A stretch of 64,000 bases of DNA from Gnetum montanum (Eukaryota > Plantae > Gnetophyta). Positions within the stretch are counted from its first letter, which is position 1. Every line of letters begins with the position of its first letter. The translations under genes were made by a program, and so were the position numbers. The DNA is taken from positions 96,468 to 160,467 of the forward strand of contig MNCI01002316.1 in NCBI GenBank assembly GCA_015680685.1, given 5' to 3'. Below are positions 38,701-53,700 of the stretch, piece after piece. The notes below the pieces were generated by a model, which worked only from the letters and a program-made list of their open reading frames with translations, did no database searches and was not told the origin of the DNA.

Positions 38701-41700
38701 AGACAATGCAAAATACAATCTTAAGCTAGAAAATGTATACTGCAATAAAGTGCTAAAATCTTTTTTTTTTTTTAAAGTAATTGAATATCAAAGATTCGAG
38801 TTACATCAAAGATAGGATGAGACTTTTAAAGGATTAATGAGAATGAGTGGATTAAAAAATTAAAAAAAGGACTTCAGCTGTTAATTCCTCTTTGCTCTCT
38901 CTTTGATTTCTTCAAGGTTTTGTTTTCCTATAGTAATTGCATCGTTTTGCTCCTCATACGGATTGCTGAGAGTTGGGACTTTTTCCACCATTTAAAGGCA
39001 CAACGAGGCCGAAAGGCTTACTTTACCGATTATTGATGCCTTTAATGGATAATTGATCCTTTTTAATTGGATAAAGATATATTTATTGGGTGATAAACGA
39101 TCATTTTACATTAAATGAAATCACAATTATTCACTAGCCAAAATTCAAAAGGAAATCTAAAATAAATATTGTGTTTGCACATATGCTCCCATGCCATAAA
39201 ATATCATTTCAAATCATGATAATAATAACAACAATAATAATAAGAGAAGAAAAGTGTAAGCTATAACCAATTATCATATTACCTTTATCAACCTTTGAGG
39301 CATCTTGTTCCGTTCATAGATATCTATCATATAAGAGCAGAATCCCCAAGGCACAGAATTCAACTTTGTACCTATTTTCTTCTCCCAAAAGGCATGTGCT
39401 TCTTCCACTCTGTTGTCTTTCTCCAATGCACGCACAAACTGTCTATAAGTTCCCATTGTCATACCTTGCCCCTTGCTTATCATCCATTTGATCACCTAAA
39501 AAGCATCATACAAAACCAATATTCAAAGGAAATGAAATGGAAGACTAATTATTTAGAATTCTAAAAATTGTGTGTAAATGAACTTGCATTCAATAAAGGT
39601 AAAACCTTATGGGAGATGACATAAATAATATTTATACTCTATCAAGTAGAAATCTAATTGCCAGGCTTTAAAAAGCTAGTAATTGTTGTACATGATTGAA
39701 GAATTGCCATGATTTCAAATGACATTCTTGCATAGTCAACATGACAGCAATTCTTTTAGCATTTAATTGAGTCAATCTGTAAATATATCTTCTATCATGT
39801 TTTCAAATCATAATCAAGAGCCATTTTAATTGCTCAAAGAATACATATTACATGAAAATGGATAATAATCAAAATTTCATCTGAAATTAATTCACTTCAA
39901 AGAACTTGTGCGAATTAGAAACCAATAATCTACATTGCAGAGCCAGAAGGCAACTTTCAAAAATTCAACAACCAATCAACGTACAATACACCAAATTCAC
40001 AATCAGTATCCAAAATCTTGACATTTAAAGTCTTTCAGAAGTTTTTATGTTCTCTCTGTAATTCACATCCAGTATAAATTGCTATGAACGTATGTTTACT
40101 TGCTTCTGCGGAAAATGAACTCGCATTAATGATTACTATTAAAGCCCTTTCGAACCAGGTTAAGCAATCTCACTTTATTTTACATTTACTTTTTAGGTTG
40201 TATAATGAATTTCTTCCGTGTTCTTTGAAAGCATGGAGCACTAAAGAGATAAACCAAATGACATTAATAACATAACCGCCCAACACCATGACAGTTCAAA
40301 CACAGGCTTACTTGGGCTAGGCTCAATATCTTGAACCATCACACTTAACAAGTTGAGTTGCACCAGCCTCCAAAGATATTCAATGAAGCAGAGACCAATC
40401 ATAAGTTGCTACATCGAACATAGTCCAAAAAGTGTTCAGATAAATGTTTTACATGAAATTTGAAAAAGCCTGACTCACCGTTAAAACTGGTCAAATAAAT
40501 AGTTAGATTGATTTCAACACAAAATGTCGTTTCACATTGTATAACTATTGTTTGCCTTTATATCTCACGTAAGCTACCTAAGGTGGATGTTTAAAAATAC
40601 ATTTAACAATATAGGTGTCTTGCTTGCAAAACTAATTGCGAGCGAGTCCTACAAAAGTGTATATTACCTCTAATTGTATGCATCAAATGTCGTTGAGCTT
40701 TGGAGACTTGGGGATGCAAAAATGTGTACCCAAGATGCAGTGGGTACATTTGGAAACGTGGTAGGAAACACAAGTGAAAGTACTATGTCTATCATCATCA
40801 TCCCAGCCTTATCAAGGGCCAAATAAGCATTAATACTTATATCTTGAATGTCCTTCTTTATGCAAGCAAACCAAATATGTTTTAGTGTACCTCTTTGTTG
40901 GTTCTCCTCAACTTTAATATATATAAAAATTTGGAGGATGTAAAGCAGGTGAACTCAGTAACTTAGCATGCACAATCCAGTTACCTAGCTTAATATCTCT
41001 AAAATGGAACAAATCATACCTACCCATTTCAAATGGCTGCTTCTCTTAGCCTGCTACAGAACACTTAAATAAACACTCAAACACACTTCTATGCAAAGAT
41101 ATGTAGTAAAGCCTCTCTGCACATTCAATTCTTAACATGAACTGCCTAGCTATATAGAAATGAAATCTAATTGAATCCATAGTTAGTAAAAGTTGTATTA
41201 TTTAATTTTTTTATGCACACGTCTTATGCTACATTCCCATATGTTTTGATATGAATTTGCATTTCAGAAATGTACCAAACACATACATTTTTGTGGAGAT
41301 GCAAATCCATGGTGCATAGCTCTAATTCCATTGAAAAGTCCACAGCTACCATTTATGGTAACATTAACAATCATAATCAAAACATGATCTTCATTGACTT
41401 CAAAAAAACCATATGACAGAGTGGTTAGAGATATTATTTAGTGGGCCTTATGGAGGAAAAACATCTCTGATAAATATATTAAAGTGATTCAAGACATGTA
41501 TAAAGGAGCTACCTACTAAAATTAGAACAGCTTGTGGAATAACATCTAATTTTCCAGTCACAGTAGGTCTACATCAAAGGTCTGCACTTAGCCTGCACTT
41601 ATTTGTCATTAATATGGATGAATTAACAAAAGAAATACAAGATGAAATCCCTTGTTGTATGCTATTTGCAGATAATATTGTGTTGGTGGATACAACTCAA

Positions 41701-44700
41701 GAATATATTGCTGCTAAAATGGAAAAGTGGAGAAATGCTCTAAAATCAAAAGGCTTAAAAATTAGCAAAAGTAAAATAGAATATATAGAATGCAATTTTA
41801 ACAATAGCATAAACAGTGGTGAAATAAAAGTGACAATTCAAGGCAAAAAAGGTCCCTCACTGCAAATAGCTTCACTACTTAGGATCAATCCTCCCAATCA
41901 AATGGTGAAATTGATAAAGATATTAGAAATAGAATTGAGGTAGGATCGTCAAAATGGAAAGAGACTAGTGGTGTTCTATGTGATAAAAAAATACCAATCA
42001 AATTAATAAGGAAAATTTATAGGACGGCAATCAAGTTTGCTATCTTATATGGTGCTAAATGTTGGTCTATATAAAAGAGGCATGAACAAGAAGTCAATGT
42101 AGTAGAAATGTGAATGCTCTTATGGATGTTGAATGTTACTAGAAGAGATAAACTACATAATACAAACATTAGAGGAAAACTTGGAATGGCTTCTATTTCA
42201 AATAAGCTACAATAATGGTGACTTAAATGGTTTGGACAAGTGCCAAGAAGATCAAACAATAAGCCTACAAACAAAGGTTGCTACATCATTGTTCTAGGGA
42301 AGCCATTGAAAGGAAGACCAAAGAAGACATGGGAAAAAATGATCGAAGATGATTTGAAGAAATTACAAATAAACAAGGATGTAGCTCTTCATAGAGGCAA
42401 ATGGCAAAAAAGAACTTATGTAGCCAACCCCATTTTGTTGGGACAAGGCTAGGATAATGATGATGAATCAAGACACTGGCTTTTGATAAGGGCTTAGTGC
42501 ATGATTCTTAGTCCATTGTGTAGTGTAAATATCATCTAAAGTACATGTCCAAGTTCTTAATGATTACAAGTCTTGCTTTTCATAGTATACTAATTTGGCA
42601 CTCTTTTCAAACTATAATATTAATAAAGTTTTAAAGAAACCTGAACAACACGATGCCACTTTTCCTTTTTTTCCAATTGATGCAGAGCTATTTTTAGGAC
42701 AGCAATTGGAAAGGTTGGCTCCCATGCAACCCAGGAATCTAAAGCTCCATAAACGGCTTCTCTTGAATTTTTGGTATTTAGTACCTGAAATCAGATAAAC
42801 AAATGGTTTAATAAGCAGAGAACAATGACTCTCTGATTAACAAGTCATCTTTAGTAAAGACAACACATAAATCAACTAAATAGATATCCCAGCAATGTAG
42901 GAAAGCATTTAATAAATACATGTGTCTAAATTTTGTAGCATAAGGAAATACATACGTTTAAGAAATACAAACATAAGAAAACAACACGAAGAAAGTCATT
43001 CACAGTAACAGTTGAAGATGATACGTTTGATGCTTCTTCCTCTTAAAAAGTGTCAAACATTATATCAAAGAAGTGGAAATAAAAGGAATAACAAAAGGGT
43101 CTCTGATGTAGACAAGACATAAGAAATATATAAACTTACAAATACAATGGGACAGTGTAATGAGGCCAACAATATCAGATGGCATGTAAATTAGGCATTA
43201 GGTAGCTTTCAAAATGGAAGGGTGTACGGCTTTTCAACTTCACACTTTAAATGAGGGTTTAATGTTTTTACACTTTAATTCAAATTAGGATAAGGATTGA
43301 ATCCCTGCAGCCAGTCACTAGTTTACTGGTGCTAATAGTCTAGCTCTTGTCAAACTCAAATCTATTTGAAAAAGTTCACTTTTAATTATGAATAACCAAC
43401 TTGAAAGAGGCTTTTCCCAATTTCTTCTAGAGAAGAACTCATAACAGGCAGGAATGCAGAATGAAATTGAAGAGTCTAAAGGGCCCTGGATCTACAATCT
43501 AAGCTTAAAGGAAATAAAAAACTTTGTTAGAACAAGCACACTCTTGTTAAACTTTCTTAAATTCTGTTATGTCTCTCTTATATTATGAATGAATATGTGC
43601 TGCTACAATTATATAGGCCTTGATCTCCCAAAAATAGATTTGGAGAGATAAGCATGAATCTCGGAAATCATGGGGATGATCCTTATCATCTTATTTAAGG
43701 ATCTTCTTAATATGGGATAACCTAAACATAGGATTGGATAAGAATTACATGAATAGGATCTTATCTTATTTAAAATAGATTAATAGATGAGATCTATCTA
43801 ATTCTATTGTGGAACATCTAGTCATCATATTCCACAAACCCCCCCATGATGATAAGAGGTTCCACTCCTAAGAAGTCTCAAAAAGACTCAAACTTTTCAC
43901 GGCTCAGAATCTTAGTAAAGATGTCTACCATTTGTGCTTCAGTTGCACAATGTTCCATGTTGAGTATGTTATCTTGGATCAAGCTTCTGGATGGTGATGC
44001 TTGATATCTATGTGCTTGGAATGCCCATGATGAACAGGATTGTGAGCCACCGCAATAGCATTGCTATCATAGTATAAGCAAATGGGAGATTCAAGTGTAT
44101 ATTCCATTTCAATGAAAACAAAGTGGATCCATATGGCTTGAGTAGCAACATTCGATGCAGCAATGTATTCTACTTTTGTTGCTGAGAGTGCAACTATAGA
44201 TTGCTTCATGAGATAAGTGATGGACCGAGGAAGAAACAAAAGCTAGAAGTTGACTTTCGATCTTCAAGGTCACCTCCCCAGTCTGCATCAATGTATCCCA
44301 ATATCTTGAAATTTGTATGTCGATGAAACGTGATCCCATAATCTGTAGTAGTTTTTAGGTATCACAATACCCGTTTTGCAACTTTCCAATGTGATTCATG
44401 CAAATCTTGCATGAACGAAGAAAGGTAATGTACAACATATTGGATATTTGAACGAGTATTGGAGAGATACATTAAACTACCAACCAGGGATCTGTATAGT
44501 GAAGGGTTGATAGATAGGGATTTGTCATCCCTGGTAAGTTTTGTACCAAAGGCAAGTGGTGTATCTAAAGAATTACAATTAATCATGCTAAATTTTTTAA
44601 TTAAGAATCAGGCAAATTTCATTTGGCATATGGAAATTGATTTTGTTTTTTGGATAACTTGAAAACCCAAAAAATATGACATCTTCCCTAAATCAGACAT

Positions 44701-47700
44701 TTTGAATTCCTTTTTCATGGCATTAAGAAAATTATTTCCTAATGCAATTGTAGATGAAAAATAGATTAAATCATCTACATATAAACAAACAAAAATAAAA
44801 TCATCTCCAGATACCTTTTTGTATATTGTTGTTTGAATCTGAAGATTGGTGAAGCCTTCTTGCATAAAAAATGCATGAATAAGTGCGTACCATGCACATG
44901 AAGCTTGCTTGAGCCTGTATAATGCTTTATAGAGCTTGTAAACATGATTTCATTGTCCTTCATCAATGAAGCCTAGTGGTTGTTCCACATAAACTTCTTC
45001 ATTAAGAAATCCATTGAGGAATGCAGAAGCCACATCCAAATAAACCACATAGCTAGCTTGTGCAGCAATGGCAAAAAAGATCCTCACGGATTCCATCCGT
45101 GAAATAGGAGCAAAGTTATCATCAAAGTCTCTACCTTGTTGTTGGAGATATCCTTTGGCAACTAGGCGAGCTTTGAATTTTTCTATTTCACCATACTGAT
45201 TTCTCTTAATTTTAAATATCCATTTTAAACTGATAACAGCCTTACCATACCGATTTCTCTTAATTTTAAATATCCATTTTAAACTGATAACAGCCTTACC
45301 ATACTGATTTCTCTTAATTTTAAATATCCAACAATTATCCAACACAACTTCGATGACTGTAGATGGTTCCAGTAAACCATCATTGCTTCCCCCCATCGGC
45401 GTAAGTAGCACAGAAAAATCATCGTCCATGGCAATGAAGAGAGCATCCTCAATAGATTCCACGTCCTGGGGTGGTGGAGTAGTGTCGTTACGAAAATGAC
45501 TACGGGTCATGTGCTTTGTAAAATTTGTATCCAGCATGTTGGAGGCTCAATGATATTGAGCTAGCCGAGAAGTGGATGGAATCTACCATGATGTGGACAT
45601 TGTTGATGTAGAAGGTGTGCCAGATGGAATGATTTGTGGGGGCGTTGCTGCAAAGGGTTGTCCTTGAAGAGGGAATGAAATCGGATGATGCTGTTGCATA
45701 GCATTGGCCTTTGAAACACTTTGATTTTTATCCCAACGTGAAGCAATGTTGTAAATAGATGCCTCGTTAGAATGAGTTGCCTCCCACCCTGGATGTTGCA
45801 AGACAAATGAAAAACATGGTGGTAATGAGGATGAAAAATAGTGTAGAATACCATAATGTGGTGGCATGATGTATCGATTGGGCTGTTGGAAAGTTGGAGA
45901 AGATAAAATGGGACCACCGTATTTGGCCAGTGCATGACTAAAATGGGCAAGGGATGAGAACATGGATGTAGCAGAAAAGTGAGGAAAAACAGCACCGTGG
46001 ATGGCCATGCCGCTGTAAAGTGGCTTGTGTTCTCCGTGGCTAAAACTGGAAAAATAGTCCTGTGTATTGTTTGGGTGATGTGTGTTGATAGGACTTTGCA
46101 TATTGTTTGGGTGATGGGTGGTGACGGGAATTTGTGGGAAGGAGCAGTTGGTGTGTGCTTGACTTGTGCTGCTAGGAGATGATGATTGTAGCTGAAAAGA
46201 GGTGATCGTTCTTGTGGGGAAAATGTCTTCTGGTTGCTGTACGTGGATGCCTGTGTGTGGACAGGCAGGAGAAGTATTGCCTAGGTTGACGTTGAAGGGA
46301 TGGCGTTGAAAGGAGGGCAAATAAATCAGGTGTAAGCGGCTGCAAATCAGAAAACATTCTGCTGCTGGTAGGACCCTCCATCGTCTTGTGTTGGCCTTGA
46401 GAACTGTTGAAAAAATTGGCAGATTTTCCAAGACGTTGGCCCAAGCCAACTTATGCATAGAGAACATGACGTTTTGTGGTATGGGCATGCTGCCATAATG
46501 TTGGAACATTTCCTCCATGAAATTCACATCACGTGAATCAACCACCTTTTTATTTGCATCATAACACCTGTATTGTAACACCCACTCATAGGGAGCAAGA
46601 GTTGGCATCCGAAGCCCCCTAAAAAGAAGAAAGTTCAAAGAAGAAAATGCCCAGGTGGCTTTCTTTCTACAACAATCAAACTAACATTAACCTATAAAAT
46701 TAAAACGAGATCAATAACGCCCAGATCTAGCTCAAGAATAGGTCAATCAATATTAATTTAAGAATTAAGAGATAATTTTGAAAGAAAATAGGCATAGTAA
46801 AATTTCTGTGCAAGATGCATTAGATTAAAAGATAAAAGCTTTTTATCATTCAACCTAAAAAGAAATATTTAATTAAGATGATTTGCACACTTGAAAACCA
46901 AAGAAATGACCACATAAGTAGATAAAATAATAATCTCATATTTGTTCAATCACATAATAATATTTTATAATTTCCAGCCACACACAAAAACAAGATCTGA
47001 ATTCAACTCTTGTAACCATTTTACCAGTAATCATTTAATCAGGAAATTCATATGTTCAATAACATAGAATAGATAGATCACAACCATAAATTAACATCCT
47101 AGGTTTTCCCCCACTCCATCAACTTATAGAAAGATATTAAAATCAAACTTGAGAAGGTGTAGGAAGAAAATAAGTATAATTCAAGATTTAGATCCAAGAT
47201 TTATGCATTCAAAAGGGGAGGGTTTATCAACCGAATTCCAACCAAAATCCAAGAATTCAACAATCCACAATTATCAATGGGCCCAAGGATACTCTCGCTT
47301 TCTACCGGCAGTACCAATCCTCACATCAAGGATCCATAGCCCCTATTGGCAATCCTTTGCCAAAATGCCCCAAATCATTATGGGTGTTTCTGAATCATTA
47401 CAGAAACAACTCTCATCCCACTCTTTCAAGGATGGGCAAAGAGATCCAAAAGAAATAAGTCTAAGCTTACAACAACAATCTTGATATTTTCCTTGGCAAT
47501 CCTTTGCCATACATGCCCCAAATCATTATGGGTGTTTCTAAATCATTACAGAAACAACTCTCATCCCACTCTTTCAAGCATGAGAGTGCAAAGGTTGGGA
47601 GGAAAGATCAAAGAAAAATATAAGTCTAAGCTTACAACAACAATCTTCATATTTTCATACAAGCATTGCAAAGGTGGTTAAACAAGCAAGAAGAGAAAAG

Positions 47701-50700
47701 TGTGAGAAAATCAGCCCTTGCTAGCCATTATCAAACATAACAAAGATGGATCATTTTACCTCCTTGCTTAGATATCTTGCTTATTAGGAGGAATTATCCA
47801 AATATTGGATTGCTATGCCGCACTTGCTTTCTTCCTCTTTGCTATCTCTTGTAGTAGTGATCGTCTTCTCTTCCTTCGCAACCACACTCCTTGTTGATGT
47901 ATCCTTCTTCTTTTTTTGTGTTTTGCAAAGCTACTTTTGCCTTGTGTGTTCTCTTTTTTTCCACTCCTCCTCTTCCTATTTGTAGGTGGAATAAGGGATA
48001 ATGAATGGTTTCTTGTAACTAACTAGTTGGGGACTGTTCGTATTCATTTCTTTAGTTTCCTGTAACTGACTAGTTGGTGACTATTCGTATTCTTTTCTTT
48101 CTTTTTAAAGTTCTCCCCCTCTCTCTCTCCCTCTTCCTATTTGTAGGTGGAATAAGGGATAATGAATGGTTTCTTGTAACTGACCTGCTAGGGACTGTTC
48201 GTATTCTTTTCTTTAGTTTCCTGTAACTGACTAGTTGGGGACTATTCGTATTCTTTTCGTTGGTTTCTTGTAACTGACTAGTTGGGGACTGTTCGTATTC
48301 TTTTCTTTGGTTTCTTGTAACTAACTTGTTGGGGACTATTTGTATTCCTTTCTTTGGTTTCTTGTAACTAACTAGTTGGGGACTGTTCATATTCTTTTCT
48401 TTCTTTTTAAAGTTATCTCTCTTTCTCTCTCTTTTCAACCATGGATCATGAGTTCAATTCTCTTCATGATCACTATAATAAAATCAATAAAGTAAGTATA
48501 TTCACAAGTTGCAAGTTCAATTCCTAAATCAACAATTTTTTGATATTTTAGAATTCAGATTTTGCTAGATCTCAAGTTCAATTCCTCTTGAACATTCCAA
48601 CATAATATCTCTCTCTTTATCATTCAAAATTGTCATAAGATGCAAGGAAAGAGTTTTCAAATAGATTCATGACAAGGGCAATTTAAGATACATAATCAAA
48701 TAAGGCACCTTCTTTTTCAGGTTATCAACGATGTGAATTTTTTCATCGTCTTACGAGCCCTGAAAGGTCATCACGTGACCTTTCTACAGCAATGGAGAGG
48801 GTACTTATACTCTACTATTTAACTAAAAAGAGCATTGCATCACATTTAGATAAAATAAAATATAAAGCTACAGTATTTGCACAAAGTATCCCTGATTCAT
48901 GGGTCAGGTTCCTCCAACTTGATTCATGGGTCAAGTTCCTCAATATGAACATTCTTTTGCATCTCAACATACCTGTTTTAGCTCNCCATATATTATTTAT
49001 TATTATTAATTTAAAACATTCCCAGCATGTATTTTAAATCATATTTCTGATGCATAAAGTATTTTAAACATTTATCATAATACATATAAAAATATGTCAA
49101 CAAATTTATCACTATTCCCACCATTTCCATCATAGTCCAAATAGAGCACACACACAAGTTGTCAACAAAACATGCACACAAACACATAGAAAGACTATTA
49201 CAATCATTAACGCAAAAACTCAAGGAAAAGTGGTTTGTTACATGTATGCTTTGGAATTTAACACATATCCAATAAAAATACAGTGTAGATTTCATATCTA
49301 ATTTTTTCTGATTTTGTGTAGGGATTTGCACATAGCAAGGTGAACCAAAAATTTTCAAATGAGAGATATTGGGTGGATAACCATTCCATAATTCATATGG
49401 TGTTCTATCTAGAATTGACCTTGATGGCACCCTATTTAAAAGATAAATTGATGTTGCACAAGCTTCTGCCCAAAACTTATTCTCTAAACTTGACATTTAG
49501 AGTAGACATCTTGCCATTTCAACCACTATTCTATTTTTTCTCACAGCAATGCCATTTTGTTGAGGTGTGAATGATGTGGTAGTTTGATGAATAATCCCAT
49601 TTTTCTTGCAAAATTCATCAAATTCATTTGATAAAAATTCACCACCACAATCTATTCGGATTTTCTTAATTGTATTGCCACTTTGATTTTCTACTTTCAC
49701 CTTGAATTCTTTAAAAAATCCCAATGTTTGATCTTTTAATTTCATAAAATACCCCCAAGCAAATCTTGAAAAATCATCCACTTTGATTAACATATATCAG
49801 TTTTTACCTAGGCTCAATGTTTGCATGGGACTAGATAAATCCATGTGAACTAGATCTAATTTTTCTTGAGATCTATGTTCTTTTCTAGGAAACAACAACC
49901 TTGTAATTTTTCCTAGTTGACATATGCCACAATCATGATTATCTGGCAAAGAAAAATTTGGCATACCTCTTACAATTTTTCCTTTTTGCATGTGGTCAAT
50001 TGAGCCAAAGTTGACATGTCCTAACCGAGCATGCCATAACCATGCTATGTCTTCAATGACAGTAAGACAACGAACATCCTTTTGCATCTGTAACTTGTAC
50101 ATTTGATTCTTGGTTATAGGAATAATGGCAATACCTTTATCATCATTAGCATTAGAAATTTTACAAACACCTTTTTCAAATTCAACACGATACCCATTGC
50201 GACATAATTGCCCCACACTTAATAAATTGTTTGAAAGATCTAGAACAAAATAGATCTGGGAAATAACATATTTGTTACCTTGAGTTGTGAAGGCAAGTGA
50301 TCCAATCCTGGCAATGGTTAACTTCTTCCCATTACCTATAGTTACCTTTCCATCATATTTTTTCAAGCTTGAAAACAGTTTCTTATTCCCTGTCATGTGA
50401 TTGCTACACCCACTATCAACATACCGAATGTTGTTGTTGTTGCTAGCATCTGGTACCTTTGTGGAGATCAAGAGTTGATCTTCCTCCTTTTCAATGTAAA
50501 ATAATTTCTCACCTTTTTTTTGGTCTTCATGTTCTACAATTTTTGCTTTGCCCTTCTTTTCATACTTCTTTCTTGACCAACATTCAAGAGTATTGTGGGT
50601 GTTGGTACCACAAAAATCATAATGCTTACCTTACTTTGATTGATTTGATCTTCCACGACCATGACCTTCGGATTTGCTATGACCACGTCCACATCCTCTA

Positions 50701-53700
50701 AATGAGGATCCACTTGAGGATCTTTGATGTTGATTTTGATTCCAATTGGATGTCCTCTGAAATTGTGCTTGAAATGCATTTGCTGTTGAATCCTCACAAT
50801 CAGCAATTCTTTGCTCGTATGTCCTTAAGCTTCCTGCGAGCTCAACCATGGTCATCTTATCAAGATCTCTTGCTTCTTCAATAGCCACGATGACAGGATC
50901 ATATCGTCAGGTTACACTTCAAAAGATCTTTTCAACAACACACCTTTCCTCAAGTGTTTCTCCACAAGATTCAAGTCCATTTCAAACTTGTTGAAATCAG
51001 CTGATGTATTGATTAATATTCTCTGAATCTAGCATGTGCAAAGATTCAAAATCTTTCCTTAATACTTGTAACTTGACAACATGAACTTTTAATGATCCTT
51101 TGTATGCAATCTCTAGTGCATCCCATGTAGCTTTGCTAGTTCAATGCATGACAATTTTGGGAAAGATTGTCAAATCTGACCCAAATTGAATGATGAATAA
51201 TGCTTTTGCATCTTTCTTATGAAGCTCCTTAAATTCATTCTTTTCATCTTCCTTCAAGGCTTGAAATGTTGCTTGATCAACATCTTGGAATCCATTTTCA
51301 ACAAGATCCCATAGATCTTGTGAGATCAAAAATGTCTGCATCTTGATTGCCCAATATTCATAATTCTCTCCATTGAATATAGGAACTTGGAGAGACACAG
51401 ATCCGTGATTTTGGGCCATTCTAAAGAGATATGTTGTCAAGAATCTAAGCTAACCTGCTCCGATACCAAATGAAGAGTCTAAAGGGCCCTAGATCTACAA
51501 TCTAAACTTAAAGGAAATAAAGAACTTTGTTAAAACAAGCACACTCTTGTTAAACTTTCTTAAATTCTGTTATGTCTCTCTTCTATTATGAATGAATATG
51601 TGCTGCTACAATTATATAGGCCTTGATCTCCCAAGAATAGATTTGGAGAGATAAGCATGAATCTCAAAAATCATGGGGATGATCCTTATCATTTTATTTA
51701 AGGATCCTTTTAATATGGGATGACCTAAACATGGGATTGGGTAAGAATTACATGAATAGGATCTCATCTTATTTAAAATAGATTAATGGATGAGATCTAT
51801 CTAATTCTATTGTGGAACATCTAGTCATCATATTCCATAGAAATGTGACCATTTTCTTTTTCTCAATCCTAGATGCAACTTTCAGTAAAGCACATGTATT
51901 GATGGATGACGCATAGATGGCACTCCATGAGATGGGTGGAATGTGATGATGCAATGCAGATGAGAAAAGATGAGGTGGAACAGTACTTTTAATGCAAGTT
52001 AAGGCATAACATAGACACTTTTGCAACTCAAGGCATACCTATTAGACCACTACTTAGCTCCCTAGAGAAATACTTCAAATTTGATTGGACTGCACATTCT
52101 TCTCTTTCAACTACTTAGGATCAAATGTCTAGTAAACTTCACACATTATGTTATGTGGGCAATGCTAAGTTATGTATTACAAAAACATTGTAAAAAGAAT
52201 TTTGAACTGCTCTGTCTTGATAGATCCAAGAGGGTCTAGTGAACGTAAGTAAAATTTAGTTTCAATTATGTAGGTGTTGCAAAGGAAAGACATTATGAGA
52301 TATTAGGGGCTATAGTGGACATTGTCAAGAAGGTGACAAGGCTGCCTGAGGATGAAAAAACCCTAAAGGCATGAGTCCCCAAAGAAGGTAAAGGAGTATT
52401 AACAAAAGGAGCCCTTCTTTGGTTGCCAAGGTCCAAGATCCTAACCCTACAATAAAGGAAGGAGATGAAAACTCATACATGCATTCTATCACAACTCATA
52501 GATACTCGGAAGGAAAGGACAAAGGAAAGCACATGTGCACCAATGAAGAACCTACTCAATGCTCCAGCTTATGCTAAAGGGGATTCACGCCTAATGGAAG
52601 ATATGAAAAGGAACATTTTTCTTATATTAGAAAGTTTTCAACTATTGAAGAGCACCCTCACCCCAAGATATGCTTGATTGTTGGTCCTAACCAAAAGGAT
52701 CATCTTTGCCCCTTTCTTTCAAAAGTTGTCCTGAAACAATGCCTAAGATGGCAACTTCTCCTTTCAACATCCACAACTTTCCCCACACTAGACTCCCCAC
52801 GTCTGATGTCAGGCCTCACAAGCAGCCCACTCCTTGTCCTAAAAAAAACCCATCCCCCAAGATCCCAATACCAACCCTAGATGGATAAACCCCATCAGGA
52901 GTGAAACCTCAGCTTTGATGCTAGAGAATTAGTGGATAATGACATGAAGGCTTCACAACAATTTTTGAAGAATGAGAAGCAATGTGACTGAAGAAGATTC
53001 CTTGTGAAGTTTTTCCTAAATGTGCTAAGATGCACTTTCAGTGCATATCGAAGGTTTTTTATCGAACCAAAAACTTGATGGCTGCTAAGCATTTCAGACT
53101 ACTTATTATTAAGGCATGATGATGCCTTCCCCCATTGCAGGGAAGGAACATCTGAAAAAAAAGAATTATGTTGATTTTAACCGTTTCCATTTATAGGCAT
53201 GGTTTGCACCCATGGTGAGTTGTGAATGGGCATCTCCCTCTGATTTTCTCCTGTCTATCATAACGATTAACCATTTTTGGTGGATAGTTAGCTATTGTAA
53301 AATTTATCTATTCCCAAGTTGTGCCTTTTTTTGTAACATGTACAGAATTTTCTTTTAAATTGTAATAGAACAAACAACCCTTTGTCTTCCGAAAAAATGA
53401 TACAATCAAGTCAAATTTGTAGTAAACGGCCCTCAAGAAAGGGAAAGAACTTATTTAATTTTATAGAATTACAGTCATAAAATTTCATATGCTTTTGACT
53501 ATATTTTGCATGTGAATGCTGTCAAGGCACCTAGAGAAAACCAAACTAGTAGAAGATCAGATTTAAATGAAAATAGGGAAACCTCAACCTTGTTGTAGAA
53601 CATGAAAATATGTCAGTACCTTGCATTTTATGTGGTAAAATAAGCCGCATAAACTATGCATGTCAGATGATAAACAAGATTCGCAACTATTTTTGGAAAA

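Larger units (their letters stand above)
43468..51839 (-). mobile_element. Full-length, defective Ty1/Copia LTR retrotransposon in intron 4 of the PPR-like gene, same orientation as the host
   Basis: 369-bp LTRs at 51471-51839 and 43468-43836. 5-bp TSD GAAAT at 43463-43467 and 51840-51844. tRNA-iMet-type PBS TGGTATCGGAGC at 51457-51468 (-). PPT next to the 3' LTR (aacccccccc on + from 43837). Domain order: gag (VPIFNGENYEYWAIKM), protease (YVDSGCSNHMTG), GAG-pre-integrase (LWHARLGH), integrase (RIDCGGEF, PQQNG), RT (KARLVAKGY, LYVDDL), RNase H (HSKHIDIKHH). Several stops and frameshifts. Confidence 0.96.

Noticed and set aside
45583-46638. 351-aa ORF as an independent host gene
   Set aside because: Its start lies in the solo LTR and the remainder is in frame with Copia pol.
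47965-48420. CRISPR-like appearance of the repeat array (also 59087-59320)
   Set aside because: No unique spacers, no cas genes, and a eukaryotic TE context; these are ordinary tandem repeats.
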